Origin: Massalongia carnosa
Lineage: Eukaryota
Assembly (NCBI GenBank): GCA_965645245.1
Contig: OZ287067.1
Span: 3,038,001-3,102,000, forward strand
Direction of reading: 5' to 3'
DNA length: 64,000 nt
The position numbers were made by a program, and so were the translations under genes. The stretch's first letter is position 1. Every line of letters begins with the position of its first letter. This document shows positions 26,734 through 40,079 of this stretch, one piece after another. The notes beneath the pieces are model-generated. The model searched no databases, had not been told where the DNA came from, and was given only the letters and a program-made list of their open reading frames with translations.

Positions 26734-27832
26734 TTAATATTTTGAGGACTCTAATGACCTTCTCAATCTTTTCGCCGATCCGTGCTCGCTACGCTCCCCC
26801 TTCCGCTTGCTATTGAGCATTTGAGGACAATCTTTCCTCGCATGCCCCTTTTCGCGACATCCAAAGCACTCCATATTACGGTTTGCGACACGATTTTTAA
26901 TACCACCAGCACCATTTGTACCGCCGTTCGCCCCTCCTCCAGAGATTGAGGACAGTTTATTTAGTTTTATCTCTTTCCGCTTCCACCGCTTGGCATTCCT
27001 CTCTACGTCTAAGCTCCTCGCCTCATCATGTCGTGACGCTTTGGTAAGCTGTACGGCTTCATCTCTCGTTGTACGGATTAGATCACCAACACCGGCCAGG
27101 TCACTGTTATCCTCACCACTCTCATCTTCGCTATCGGCACCCGATGCTTTCTGGGCTGACGAGGAAGCTTGGTCGTCCCTGGCTTTTTGGCTCTTCTAGA
27201 TAGATGTGAGTAGTTGCAAAGGGGCTTTTAAAACTTCCCCCCCATCTATCCAGGCACTATGTGCTTTTTAAGTGAGAAAAAGACCTTACCTCCACCTCAC
27301 GATTAAAGCTCCCAAAACTTCTCCTGCCCGCCCCCGTCGGAACCCATTCACCCTGTACGTGTCCATTCCCATTATCAATCTCTGCATACCCAGCCATTTG
27401 CACCCGCAGTCCTCTTTCTTCCCCGCCACCCTCATAGTCCCCGCCGGCCCTATTGACAAAACTCAACACCCACCTCGTCTCCCCAGCGTCTGCCCCTTGC
27501 TGTCGCGCAGCTGCCTCCGACCGCTTCGCCTCTTCTGCATCCAGAGCCGCTCTAACAACCTGTAGTTCCGACGGAGGCGCGACCATCCCCAACGGAGCGG
27601 ACACCTTCTGCTGCTTCGACAACTGGCTATCGGAGTCGTGAGGCTTCGCCGTTGTCGCAGACGAGGAGGATGCGACGGCACGTTGCATGAACTTTTAACA
27701 AAAATAGTGGTTAACTATTAGAGGTATGAAATCTCCAGAAGTCGTTTTCCGATGAAAGGAAGAGAGAAGGCTCACTTTCATGGTCATCAGTCTGGACGAC
27801 ATGATCTTGTCTGGTCGTGGGGAACTAGCCAT
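26734..27832 (-). CDS. Mpp6-like protein with C-terminal CCHC zinc knuckle, 3 exons
   Basis: Spliced N-terminus MSSRLMTMK|FMQR, GRRSFGSFN motif, and CFGCREKGHARKDC in the last exon. Confidence 0.75.
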
Positions 27833-28243
27833 TTGCGAAAAGCTGCCCCGTTTTTTCTTCGTCTGATCGTAACTAGATGGGTTACTGATTCAAAATGAAT
27901 GAACGGAAGAGCGAGCGAGCGAGCGTTTTGATGATATCCACCGAGTAGTAAGGAAATTAATAGTCGGGAAGCTAGGATTCGTAGCTATCGTACATATATA
28001 CTCTAGTCATGCGTCTCTGCAACTTTTGAATTTGGGAAAAAGAAACGTTCCTGACCTTTTTCTTTTCCCTTTCCCTACGGAGTACGGAGTACAGAGTAGG
28101 TAATTACCTTCATTGCGGCAATCACCCACAATTCACCCGGCCGGAACAACCTACCTCCACCTTCACCTCCATACGAAAACTATCCCTCCAAAAACCCACT
28201 ACACCACCATCACCCAAGCGCACACAACTCCCTTAAGCAAACC

Positions 28244-29328
28244 ATGTTCCGCCCCCACCGCCTCCCCTTCGCCCTCTCTCGACCCCTCCCCAACTCCCTC
28301 CGCCGCTACGCCGCCGCCGCCACCAACCCCCCTTTCAACGACCCCCTTCCCACCACCACCACCACCGCTACCCTACCCTCCTCACCACCCAACATTTCCG
28401 AAACTAACGCCACGCCCGTCTCGACGCTCGGGATGCGCGACTTGCCGCTACAGGAAGACGTCGCGGAGGGGGAGGCGCGGCGGCAAATGCAGGCGCCGAA
28501 TCGGGCAGGCGTGTGGAGTCGCAGCCAGCAGGAGCGGGAGGTGGCGATGCGCGGGCCGCGGTTCGAGCAGACGATTATGGAGTTCCAGGTTGGTGTTCGA
28601 GCGCTCTCTCTCTCTCTCTCTCTCTCTATCTTTACGTCCTATTTAATGAATAAAACCGTTGCTAACCCTTCCCGGCCTGGATAATTATAGCCCCGCCCCC
28701 AAGCCGCTATCGAGCTCATCCATAAGCAGCCCGTACATTGGACTCGCAGCCGCGTCGTCTCCTGTGACGGCGGCGGCGGCGCGCTCGGCCATCCGAGGAT
28801 CTTCATCAATGTGGACAAGCCGCAGATCAACACGTGCACGTATTGCGGGCTGCCGTTTGTGAGTCGTTCTCTTTTCTTCTTCTTCTTCTTCTTCTTCTTA
28901 ATTTTCCTATGGGGGGGGGGGGGGGTTCCTTTCGCTGGCGGTTTCAAATTGATGGGGAAATGCTTTGTCGAGGGTGTTGTTTTGCCGGGTTAGGTTTTTC
29001 TTTTATCCCAATCCATCGTTCCGAGGAGCACTCCCCATTTGAGAACTCCTCCCAAATTCCGCCACAGTTTTCTTCCGTTCTCTCTATCCCACTGCAAAAA
29101 CGGGCGTATAACACCCCCCTCCCCCCCACCTTCAAGAAAAGAAAGAATCTCCTCCAAATCTAATATCAAGCCCGGATTACCTTCTGATATGATTGATAGG
29201 CGCACGAGCGCCACCGAGCCCACCTACAGAGTCTAGCATCGACGGCCTACCCCCTCGAACCGACGGGCCATCCGGCTGAAGTTGCAGAACCGCAACGCGT
29301 TACGGACGAGGCGTTTGCGCAAAGATGA
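28244..29328 (+). CDS. NDUFS6: NADH:ubiquinone oxidoreductase zinc-binding subunit (NDUFS6/NUMM, zf-CHCC), 3 exons
   Basis: [54 protein letters not shown]; last exon AHERHR...FAQR*. Confidence 0.93.
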
Positions 29329-29524
29329 ATTAGTCAGAAAAGGGGGGGGGGGAAGGTTGAGGTAGGGATTGGGGAGGGGGGATATTTGGGTTTATGGGGG
29401 AGGCTGTGTGGGTGTTGCATAGATAGGTAGAAATGCATGAGGTTTTCTTCCGAACCTATTTATCTATATATATATTATATATACACCCCGAACTTAGGAT
29501 CTGAAGTTGCCGTTCCGGGACGGG

Positions 29525-29680
29525 AAAGGGAGCAGGGCCGCTTTAGAGGGAGCACCGAGGGAGCACAGGGAAGCACCGAGGGAGCACGGGAGAGCATCGA
29601 GGGAGCACGGGAGAGCGTCGTGGGAGCAGGGGGGAGTACTGAGGGAGCAGGAGGGAGCAGCAAAGGAGCACTGGGAGCAA
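29525..29680 (+). repeat. Subterminal array of ~10-11-bp GAGGGAGCA(C) motifs
   Basis: More than 10 degenerate copies; also found at 41141-41222 and 41982-42041. Confidence 0.85.
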
Positions 29681-29994
29681 TATAGGGCAGTGCAGGGGCG
29701 CAGTAGATGGGAGCCTTATATGGATTTCTTTTGTCTCGGCTTGAGCTGCCCTCGATGCTTTTCTGCTGCCTAGACTTCGCCACTTCCCACAGTATTCTTT
29801 TGGAGAATGATATGAAGACGGTACTAGAGATTGGTCCGAATCGGGCCACTTCCAACATATTTATAGAACTTAAGAAGAAAAGCGTTGACAAGTTTGCTCC
29901 CATTACGATCATAGGACGGGTCTAAATCTCCTTTTAACATTAAATATGTGAAAACAGAATGTCCACGAGACGCGACCAGTCTTTGTCGGGCATC

Positions 29995-30600
29995 TAAATT
30001 TGACTTGTAGCATCATTCAGAATCTCGATGAATTCTTCATAAGAGGCATCCTCGGGAATTATCAAAACGGCAGCATCGGCATGAGAACCGTGTATCTTTA
30101 TCCAGTCTTTGATAGATTTCCGTTCCGCCTCGCTTGCAGCTTGCCATTTAAAAACATTTGCCTTCCTGGTGGCGCCTTTGGCTGCACCTGGTCTGGTGTC
30201 GGGTATGGTCTTTGTTATGTCGCTGAGATCAAAGTGGAATCCAACAGTCTTAAGCTCCCTCTGCGAAGTGGGCCACGTGGGTTTGCCCGGCTTAGCTGTC
30301 GATCAGTCTCATTGCCTCCGGGTCTGGCGTTGTCATTGGAACTAGCGTAAAGATCTTTAATCCAAACGGTATTGGAATTTGAAGCTTGATAGTAGGAGCA
30401 TCTATGTAGAACGGATTGATTCTTGCAAAAGGGGTGCTATCTACATCCTATATTATGCGGGAGATTAAGATCTTCGCAGCTGCTGCCTAATTAGGTTGAG
30501 GGTTATCAGGGATTTCGATGTTGGTTTCGCTGGGACGCTGCGAACAGGCAATTTGACTCACCTTGACCACCTTCAACCCCGTCCGTCACTTTTACGCAGC
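29995..30600 (-). CDS. Small hypothetical spliced gene; start not located
   Basis: Last exon AKPGKPTWPTSQRELKTVGFHFDL...FIEILNDATSQI* preceded by a CTGAT..CAG acceptor near 30297; GTGAGT donor near 30561. Confidence 0.35.
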
Positions 30601-31054
30601 CTGATACGGCCGCTCCAGAAATAACGGAGGGAAGCAAGTTTAAAGGGGAGCGGCACCCTAGTCCTCTCCCCTCTTACGATAACCAGAATTGACCCCCGGA
30701 ACAAGCCAGCGCGTCGTACCGGACCGATCTTATCGCTCCGAAGAAGGATACGTCGACAACCGTCATCCGAAAAGCTGGGAACTGAAAATCCGTCTTAAAC
30801 CGCTATAAGACGTAAAGTTACCTTATAAATTAAACGAAAAGGGCATCCCTTCATCAGTTTTGTGTCGAGATGTAGGAAACAGATATCGTAAACACAAATT
30901 TAGGATTTGGACATGTTTGTGCTCAACGTGATGCTTTACGTTAAAAAAATGGAACTTTAGCCAAGCTACCTCTTGCCTATACAAGCAGCGCTCAACATCT
31001 GCTGCAAAACCTTCTGGTTATACGGGTGGCTTTAGGGGTCTGACCCTATCTAAG

Positions 31055-33393
31055 ATGTCTTCAGAGCAATCAGAAGGTAATTATGGTGAAAGAATCTGGA
31101 CAAAGTTAGCCGATTATCGTCACATCAGGCACCAGCGGTATGCGGCCGTCAATGTTCTGTTGATATCCTGGAAAGACGACGATACGAACAGTGCAGCTGA
31201 AATCAAGCAATTGAAGACACTCTTTCAGGATTCTTTTAATTACACTGTCTGCTCCTACCAGATTCCTTCAGCTAACTCACAAGCATCGCTCAATCACCAA
31301 ACTGCCTCGTTTCTCATGGCCTTCGGAGGACCTGACAATCTCCTCGTAATTTACTATGGAGGCCACGGCGGACCGAGGATGCAACAGAGCAAAAGTCCTT
31401 GCACCTGGGCAGCGTGAGCTTCCCTTTGACTTCTTTAATGCTTATGACGATAGACTAATTTATCCTAATTTTCGCTTTCTACAGGAAACTCGAAGCTGAT
31501 AGCCCGAGCTTGGATTGGTCCATTATCCAGCCATCTCTCCTCAATGCAAACTGTGACGTGGCTATTATTCTTGACTGTTGTTATGCCGGTCAGGCTGCAA
31601 GGTCTGTCTCTGCTCAAACGATCGAGCTGCTAGCGGCAACGGACAAAGATCAGTGGACACCAAGCAGTACAAGTAGTTTGCAAACTTTTACAAAAGCTTT
31701 GATCAAAGCCATGGGAAGCATGATTGAAAAGGACGGAGTTGTGACTCTTCGTGGTCTTGCCAAATCCTTGTCACAAGCAGAGGCAGGTCTTCATAGGCAG
31801 CCTTTCCACGTTTCTCTTGGTGGTGATCATTTAGCTGGACAAATCAAGCTAGCTAAGCTTCGCGATCCGAGAGATTCGCATGCCCGACTTAGAGAAACGA
31901 ATCCCGCAGTCTCACTGCAGCTTAGATTGTCACTTTTTGAACCCCTCAACTCTGAAACTGCCTCATCGTTGATTCGATGGATGACAAGAGACTCACCTAC
32001 GTCTATAGAGGACATTCAATTTGCAGAAAAGGCATTTGCTGAAGCCAACGATACCAGCCAACTCTGTAATCAGCTTCTCGAAGTTCACTCACAGGCTGAT
32101 GGTCAGCTCTTGTCATACCTCTCCAAGCAAGGTCAAGCAGAGGGGCTCGCCCTGCTTTCACATTTACGGAGTGCAATGTCGAGTCCGACTTCCATTCATC
32201 TGACCGATATTGAAGCAGTGGAGATCATCAATACCATCAAGCAAAGATCACACGATTTAGTAGTATTCATCGAGGACTCGCTTCCACGCTTCAACACAAG
32301 CTCCTTGCAAGCTTTAGACGCGGGAGAGAACCAAGATCTCAAAACCCGTATCAACATGCGTTTAACGCTCATCACTGAAGACATGCCTGACAAAGAGACC
32401 GCAATTGCGTTTGATGTTACAGACCCACCTCGAGAAGGTCAGCGTTTTCGGATGGGATCGAAAGATGGCAAACGAGTGCTTGTAGAATATTTCTACTACG
32501 AGGAGACGAAAAGCAACTCGGACGCATCCATCTTACAACAAGTTAGAAGAATCTCAGCCATGCATACCGAAGGAAAAAGCAGAGCATTCCACTCAATGCA
32601 AGGGGTCGGTTTCCTACGGGAGTCGCTTCATAGAGTGAGGTACGGGATTATCTACCAAATTCCAGAGGAGACAAAAGGCCAATCCCCTTCGTGCCTATCG
32701 CACCTGATCTCTAAAGTCAATACAGTACCTCTTGAAGTTCGTATGCGTACAGCTTATGCTCTTTGTGAAGCTCTCCTGAATCTTCACTCCATTGGATGGT
32801 ACCACAAAGCAATCAAGTGCGAAAATATTCTTTGCTTTGGTCGTGATGCTGAATCAGACGGTAAAGGATCGTTCGATAAATGGGAACTGCATTTCCCTTA
32901 TCTCATAGGCTTCAATTGTTCTCGGCCATCCGCTGTCGAGACACATAGTACAGTGGACTTCACGACTGCCAACAATATCTATAGGCACCCAGACAGATGG
33001 GGCCATGCCGCACCATTTCAGAGACATCACGACATCTACGCACTGGTAAGCTTCATCTCTTCGCTATTCAATTATTAGTTTTGTTTTATGCCTCAGCTGC
33101 TAGAGCTGACAATGGTCAAGGGCATCTTGCTGCTGGAGGTTGGATGCTGGAGGCTGCTGGAAAATATGGGCGGAAAAGCAAAGACCTTTGAACATATCAA
33201 AAACCCTGAAAACCTACGGATGCAACTGCTAGGAAGTATCCTGGACAGGACCGCACATGCAGCAGGAACAAAATATGCCTCTGCTATACGTTTCTGTCTT
33301 GAAGAGCGGCGGTGGGGTGATCTGGAAGAATGGCAGGTCCAGAAAATGATGAGGCAGATGGTACTTGAGCCCCTCAAAGCATGTTGTTCGTAA
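31055..33393 (+). CDS. Caspase-like (CHF-fold) peptidase fused to a C-terminal pseudokinase, 3 exons
   Basis: VLLISW..LFQDSFNY..VIYYGGHG and IILDCCYAG His/Cys dyad; LHSIGWYHKAIKCENIL, LIGFNCSRP, IYRHPD and HDIYAL|GILLLEVG kinase-like motifs. Confidence 0.8.
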
Positions 33394-33671
33394 AAGCACT
33401 TTGATGGGGGAAAGGGTGAGTTGATGAGACATTCAGTAACCGGATTCCTCTACCACTTCCTTAAATGCTACAACGATACGGAAGAAAGGCCACGCAGGAC
33501 GTTTAAACGCTTCATCCAACATCAAGTAGGTTGATGGGTAGGTTTGTAAAGCCGTCTGACGGCTATTGAGAGGCGAGATAGTAGTCATTTCCTTGACTTT
33601 GATATTGGACGAAGTTTAGAACTCCTTCAACTCTATCCATCCATTATGAGGGCATCTCGCTGCTCTCATTC

Positions 33672-34158
33672 TCATATGTTCCGACGGAGATACTTGCCCT
33701 CAATTAATTCCGGGTGTGGAATGTTATCGGAGCGTCGAACAAGCTCATATAAATCATTAGGATGGGCTCGAACGATGAGGAATTCGCCTAGAGGTGCCCG
33801 ATACTCTGGTCTCACGATCCACACTACTTCGTTTATCTCGAAGGGAAACTAGAAAGCCAGGCTTGCTGTTAGAGATCACATACGGGCAGTTTTCTCCGCC
33901 TGAATATGAGGTTTTGGATAACAGGAGGCTAACCTCGGCCGCTTTTTGGTAGGGGTCGACATGTGTCTTCCGGTCTTTCTCTGGGATCTCGTCCTCGTCT
34001 TTCTGATTGTACTGTAGTCCATCCACTTTTGTCAGGCTACGACTCCTTGGAACTTCATTTTTCGTCAGGAGAAAGTCACTCACCGAATACTGATTCGATG
34101 CAGTAACAGCATTTGTCATCCAATTGTTCTGAGGCTGATTCTTGTCCTTGAAAGACAT
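33672..34158 (-). CDS. Small hypothetical protein, 2 exons
   Basis: Exon 1 MSFKDK...YQKAAE|GTTAGC; exon 2 after TTCTAG reads FPFEINEVVWIVRPEYRAPLGEFLIVRAHPNDLYELVRR...YLRRNI*. Confidence 0.6.
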
Positions 34159-34590
34159 GACCGTACGTAAACGAGGAGGACTGGTGTTTGTGTGGAAAAA
34201 GGTAATCTCAACTACAAGACAAAAGGCTCAGCAAGCAGTCAAAATGCGAAGCTGACGGATATCGTTAGGTTGGTTGCCTACATGACAGCCTGCAGCAGTC
34301 AGCTGCACACCTAGCTGCAGCGACGCCTTAGAACAACTGGGGTAGTGATTGGAGTCAAAAACGCCACGGAGGGGCAGGGATGTGAGGTCTCTGACTTCTC
34401 TATCGTCCGCACTCTCAGGCGAGAAATCAAGATGTCGCATCCTCACGCAAATATGAACTGTTGGATGTCAGCCCTATAACGCTAGTGGCATGGTGGTTTT
34501 ATAGTATCAATTTTATAGCTTTTACATATCATCAGTCATTTTACCAACAACTAGCCTATCACATGCTCCATCCTATAGCCTGCTGCCAAC

Positions 34591-35794
34591 ATGAACGGAC
34601 AGAAATGTAGGATCTGCGAAATCTCATCTGTCTTCTGAAAACATGGCGCAATCTTACACTTGAGATTTGTTGACCCTAACATCTCAGTACTGGAGGATTA
34701 CCCCCAAGGGTACCCCCGGCTCGCCGCTTTCCTCGCTCTGGATCGAGACTTCACCATATTCAAACGGTTCGATTACCTACACATAAGGAGCCTGCTGGGG
34801 CAACAAGACGAGCTGGCCGAGCTGCAGGAACGACTTGAACGGTGCGACGAAGCGGAGCCCATCCGGCTGGGCCTCAGCAGCCGACGGCAAGATGAGAACG
34901 CGGAGCGACGGGAATTGCTTCGACAGGTGAAAACCAAACTGCAAGAATACGACCGTTGTGTACAGGACTTTCACGCCATGCTGCGACTGCCTGAGGCTCA
35001 CCGGACGCAAAAGCAGAACGTGGAAAATTGGTACATAGGTAACAAACCGCTGGTGCGCTCGGAAAGTGCTTGCTATATGAACTGCACGCGTGGTCATGAC
35101 TACGTCGCTCTCACACCCAAGGATACCGATAGAGCCGGCCTGGAGACCCTCGTGGATCTCACGATGAGAACGTGTCCCAATGTTGCGAGGCATGTGAGAC
35201 AACCGCACTAGATTATCATGATACTGGTGTTACATACAGGCTAAAAAAAGTTTTTTTTCCCGAACAAGTAGTTCCTCAACCCAGAGGTGAGTTGACAGAA
35301 ACAAGAAGTGAGCGGAGAAAAGTGGAGGGAAAAAAAAGAAGTATCAAGCAATAATGCTATGTTCTGAGTCGAAATCTTTTCCAGGCCAAAACTCGCGACC
35401 GCAACATCTTCGTCTTCCAACCCAATTTCCTCAACCGCATCGTGAAGATCCTGTTCGCCTTCTTCATCCCCTTGTGGCTGGTCTTCCCCACCATCCTTCT
35501 CTACAACGCGACCAGCCACGGCAGCCGCGCGATCATCTACGCCATCTTTACCTTCTGGACGTCGTTCATCGTGATCTCCATGGCAAATGTCACCAAATAT
35601 GACCTCACCCTGGCACTGATCACGTAAGTTTTTTTTTCTTTGGTTTTTTGGTTTTTTGGTTTGGGCCGATGGGGTCCCTTAAAAACTTCAAAAAGGATTT
35701 TTCACGAAGGAGGGAGCGAGCGTTTCGTTGATGATAATTCAGATACACCACGCTTCTCGGGGCGTTTCTTGCTAGCAGTCCACGTCTTTCGTGA
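34591..35794 (+). CDS. DUF6594-family membrane protein, multi-exon
   Basis: LEDYPQGYPRLAAFL..FTIFKRFDYLHIRSLLGQQDELAELQERL signature; C-terminal hydrophobic helices (ILFAFFIPLWLVFP, AIIYAIFTFWTSFIV, LALITYTTLLGAFL). Confidence 0.8.
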
Positions 35795-36084
35795 CGTTCG
35801 TGCAGAATGTGTTGGTCACGACGGTGGACGTGAGGGGTTTGATTCGTGCGAGAAGGTGAAAGCCGGTCGTTGAGCAGGGATTTTGGAAGAATAATGAAGT
35901 GTAGCGACGGCCAGATGGATCTTGTCGTTTTTAAAAACGCGGTGGTTGATTCTATCCTGCTACTATGTTCGCATTGAGGTGTCCTCAAATCCTCGTCCGA
36001 GACGCCAGCCAGAGCTATTCGGGCTAGTTCCTTAAAGAAGATCTCACATTGAAGGGTTTGTTTTGACGTTTTTCATGCGTTGGG

Positions 36085-39000
36085 CTATGCTAAGCGTGTT
36101 CGGAGTCCACGAAGTCGGCGGAAATCGACCGAGAATACACTCCACTCGTCCTTCCAAGGCATCTTGGCCAGTTCCTGACCGGTGTATTTCCCTTCCAGGC
36201 TTGGCCATGAAGCCTTCACGTCCGCAATCTTTGGGTTGCGTCGAGCGAGTGATTTTGTGTGGCTTGCATACACCATTGACGAACTGATGTGAAACTCGGT
36301 GATGCCTTCGAATCGACGGTCATTTCTCAATAGATGCCACTGTAAAAGTTCTTGGGCCGCACGGAGTGAGCTGTTCCTCAAAGATTCAGCGGTCTTCTCC
36401 CCTGGAGTCAAAGTTGGACCGCTTGTTAAACCTTTGATTCGCTTTGCCCCTGTTTCGGCAGCATGAGATATGACGTGTGCGACGCGGTGTAGGAATTGAG
36501 GTTTTATGGTCGGTTCCAGAACGGCTTGCTTCGAGGGAATAGCATCTTGCGTTTTCGCTACTCCCATTGTCCCGCGAGCGAACAGCGACGAAGATGTCCG
36601 CGACACCCAGATTGCGATTTGAAACGGTAAGAAAGGAACCACCAGGTCATTCCCGTCATCGCTGGCTCTCTTTTTAGCCAAGAATGGCACATTTGCATCA
36701 GCTCCGGCCTCGAGTAGAAGCCGAATGACATCAAGGTCAAGAAAACTGGCCGCTCGCTGAAGCATGGTGACATCCTTCTCATCCGGCGTATCAATATATC
36801 CTGCCATTGACTCATTGGAGATCAAGGCTAGAAACGCATCCCAAAGCGAATTTTCAAAATTTTGGGATTTCGCATCCACATGGTGCTCTGAAAAGTAAAT
36901 ATCTCGAAATACGAGTAGCTGTTTAAGTACCTCATGCGCTTTAGATAAGACAAATCGCGTTGAGGAGTCCTTGTTGCCAGGATTCTTATTAATGAAGGCA
37001 TTGAGTTTTTCACGAGCCATGTCTTTGTGGAGTGAGAACCACCATGACGGATATTCATGTGCCATGCTTTTCTTAAGAAAATTTTCGTTTTCCTCCCCGT
37101 ACCTCGATAAGATTGCCTGCATTTCAATATCCCCTGTCTGAGCGGCGACATCAAAAATCGAAAACGTAGTGCGCTCATTGATCTTTTGATATCTGTCAAC
37201 TCCTTTCTCAAGCAAAACCTGCACACCCGTCGTCCAGCCTGCACTCACAGCCGTAAAGAGAACATTTTCCTTTCTATGAATATCAGCAGACTCTGGCTCC
37301 TTTAGTTCTTTGACCTCGTCGAGTTCAGCAACAGAGAAGTTGCGAAGTATTGCCTCAAGAACGGGCTTCCATGCTGTGTTAGCCCTTGCCTGTCTCAACG
37401 CTGTGTATAAGTTCGACATCAGTACTTCATCTCGTACATCGCTTTCGAAACCCTGTCTGATTATCGAAGGAGGACATAAATCCAGGAGCACTTCCAAAGC
37501 TTTGAGGCATGATTGAGTTCTTGCAAAGACGATGCAATTCCTGAGCATGGTATTGTAATTTATCAAATTATGTGCGTCACAGAGCCGAATGGTACGTTCA
37601 ATTGCAATGTCCCCATCTCGTCCATGAATAAACAGATGTGTAAAGGCTTGACTGTAATTGAGAATTGGATAATCTGCTTCGGAAACTAGACCAGATGATA
37701 ATGGCCCGTTGGAAAGCAGATCTTCAGCTATTTCATAATAGGCGTATGAAATTGCATGTCCAAGTACGTTTCTTTCTTGACCTTTGGAGTGTGGAAGTAA
37801 TGCAGCTACCAGACCACGGTTTCTTGCAATTACAGCCCATTCGATAGGAGTTCCAACTAATTCAAAGGTCGTCTTTGCCAAACGGGTCGCTTTAGAGCAG
37901 ACGTTGGTAGGGGCACCACAGGCAATTAGCAAGCTCACGGCTCTCTGAACAAGGTCCACAGGCATGTAAATCATAAGATGTAGTGCAGTAATGTCTTTTT
38001 TTCCACAAAGTGAGAGGTCAGCACCGTAATCAAGGATAAATTTCAGCGAAGACAGATTGCCACCTATACAAGCGCAACGCAACGCGTCGATTCGAGCCTT
38101 ACGGCCTGTGATCGCTTCACCATTTGAAAGGAGCCTCGCTATGACTTCATCCTCACCCAGTAATGCAGCAATTTCCAAGGTTGTCATGTCATCGGAACCA
38201 ACAATATCTGATCCAATTTTTCTGGAGAGCGTCGTCGTCGCTTGCAGTTCAATATAGTTAACATGTAACCAGGAGTGACCCTCAGACGATAAAGCTCGAA
38301 TCTGATTAGCTGCAGAGACAACTCTGGACTGAATTTTTCTCATTAAATATAGCTCAGAGGCAGCAAAACCCTCGATCTCATTGTTCTGACTTGTTTTAGG
38401 CTGGTTCTTTGGCTTTACGACGAGTTCAGGAGATGGAGACCCAAGCACTTCTGAAAACCTGCGCAAACAAATGGAAGATATATTACCATAAGATTTTGAA
38501 ATCTGGAGCCAGCGAAGAGCTTCTTCCGAATCATAGCTTGTGCCGAACGCGATGAGATAGCACTCCGCTAAATTTAAGGCAGCTCTCTCACGCACACTGT
38601 CAAAGAATTCGAAGGGTTTTGAAGAAGTGGCATACATCTTAAGTTCATCTAGAGCACGCCGTTGTAAGCTGTCTGGGAGGTTTAGGCATGTGTAATCCAA
38701 AAACTACAAAATATGTGCGGTTAGTTGTTTGTGATTCAATGAGTCGCGGAAAACTGTCAACACTGCATATTCACAGACATATTGACATGGAAGGTATGCT
38801 TACTTCTGCTCTTGGAAACTGTGTGCCCCAAGTTTGGAAGCCACTATGCGTGGTTTCAATGATTCTCGCTGAGACTTCGATTTCTTCAAAATCAAAACTG
38901 CAAATTAACATCAGTGTCAGTTTGCATTAATACAAGAAGTAGTCAATCAAACCCAGTCTTCTCTGCTTCCGGTAGAAGAATCTTCCAAATTTTTCGGATT

Positions 39001-40079
39001 GGTTGCCTTTGTAGAGGGTCATCTTGGAGGGAGGCATTAAATGCCTGTAAGGCTTTTTCATACAATATTTCATCCATGTTTTGAGCCGAGAGGAATTTTT
39101 TGCAATACGTCAGCAGTCCGTTACATGGGAGAGCCGATAGGAATGCCATCTTCTCCTCCACGTCCAATTCTTGCGTCGTTTTTCGAAAGGGATCCAGCCA
39201 AGCGACGTCGAAAAAAGAATGTCCATTGTTGAGGATTTCCCATAGTAAGAGGCCAAAAGAGAATATGTCTGCTTTGATTGCGGCAGCAATGTCAACAGAT
39301 CCAGCCCCCAGGGCTTGATTTCGAACCTCAGGTGCATTCAACAGTGGTGTTCCCAGCGGGTAGTATACATCTCTCTCTGAATCCGCAGAGAAATCTCCAG
39401 AATGTGCGTGTACGCTGAGTCCAAAGTCGGCTAATTTTGCTACATGACGGCCGTCATTACCGTTGAAGATTAGAATATTCTGAATCTTGAGGTCTCCATG
39501 GCAAATAAGGTCTTGATGCAGAAGGATCAGACCGCGGCTGACCTGAAAAGCTAGGTCAATCTTTAGTTTGGTGTCCAATTGCTGTCCGTTTCGCCGAAGA
39601 AAGGAAGCCATGTCACCGAGCTCTGAATATTCCAGGAGCAGGTGAAATTGGCCAGCGCCAGATGGGTCAAGACCGGCGAATGGTTTCTCGAAGCAAACGC
39701 CTACAACTTTGACGAAGAGATCCAACTGGCGAAAGGAAGTCGACGTGAGGATTCGTATTTCAAGCGTAAGACGCGCAAGATCCTTGTCGAAACGTGAGAT
39801 ATGCTTACGATTGCCATCCTGAAGACGTCTCGTGCGCTTGATGACAACACCAGGACGGCTTGATAGTTCCACGACCGCTTGTCCCCCAGAGCCTATGGGT
39901 TCAAGGTTGTTGAAACGTCCGCCTTCCACGAATTCTCCGTAATCAGAGACGTTGAATTTGCTGGAATGTAGTACCTGCATGAAATCAAGGGCCGGCGTTG
40001 AAAGTCGCGCGTCATTGCCAGCAGCAGAGGCGATTGAATTTTCGGCACTGGAGCTGCGCGGCCAGAGGGAAAAGGACAT
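36085..40079 (-). CDS. Protein kinase + ankyrin-repeat protein, multi-exon
   Basis: GSGGQAVV, VVIK, HGDLKIQNIL, LADFG, NAPE, DIFSFG in 38943-40079; ankyrin motifs TTLEIAA, ITALHL, GTPIEWAV, LLLEAGADAN in 36085-38700. Confidence 0.85.

Noticed and set aside
28604..28925. (CT)n, (CTT)n and poly-G tracts
   Set aside because: Ordinary intronic microsatellites in NDUFS6
1..29328. Functional gene cluster among the core genes
   Set aside because: Unrelated housekeeping functions with no biosynthetic backbone gene
29437..29912. ORFs 29437-29685, 29507-29773 and 29475-29912 (and 41883-42107)
   Set aside because: They are translations of the stop-poor GAGGGAGCA terminal array, not credible proteins
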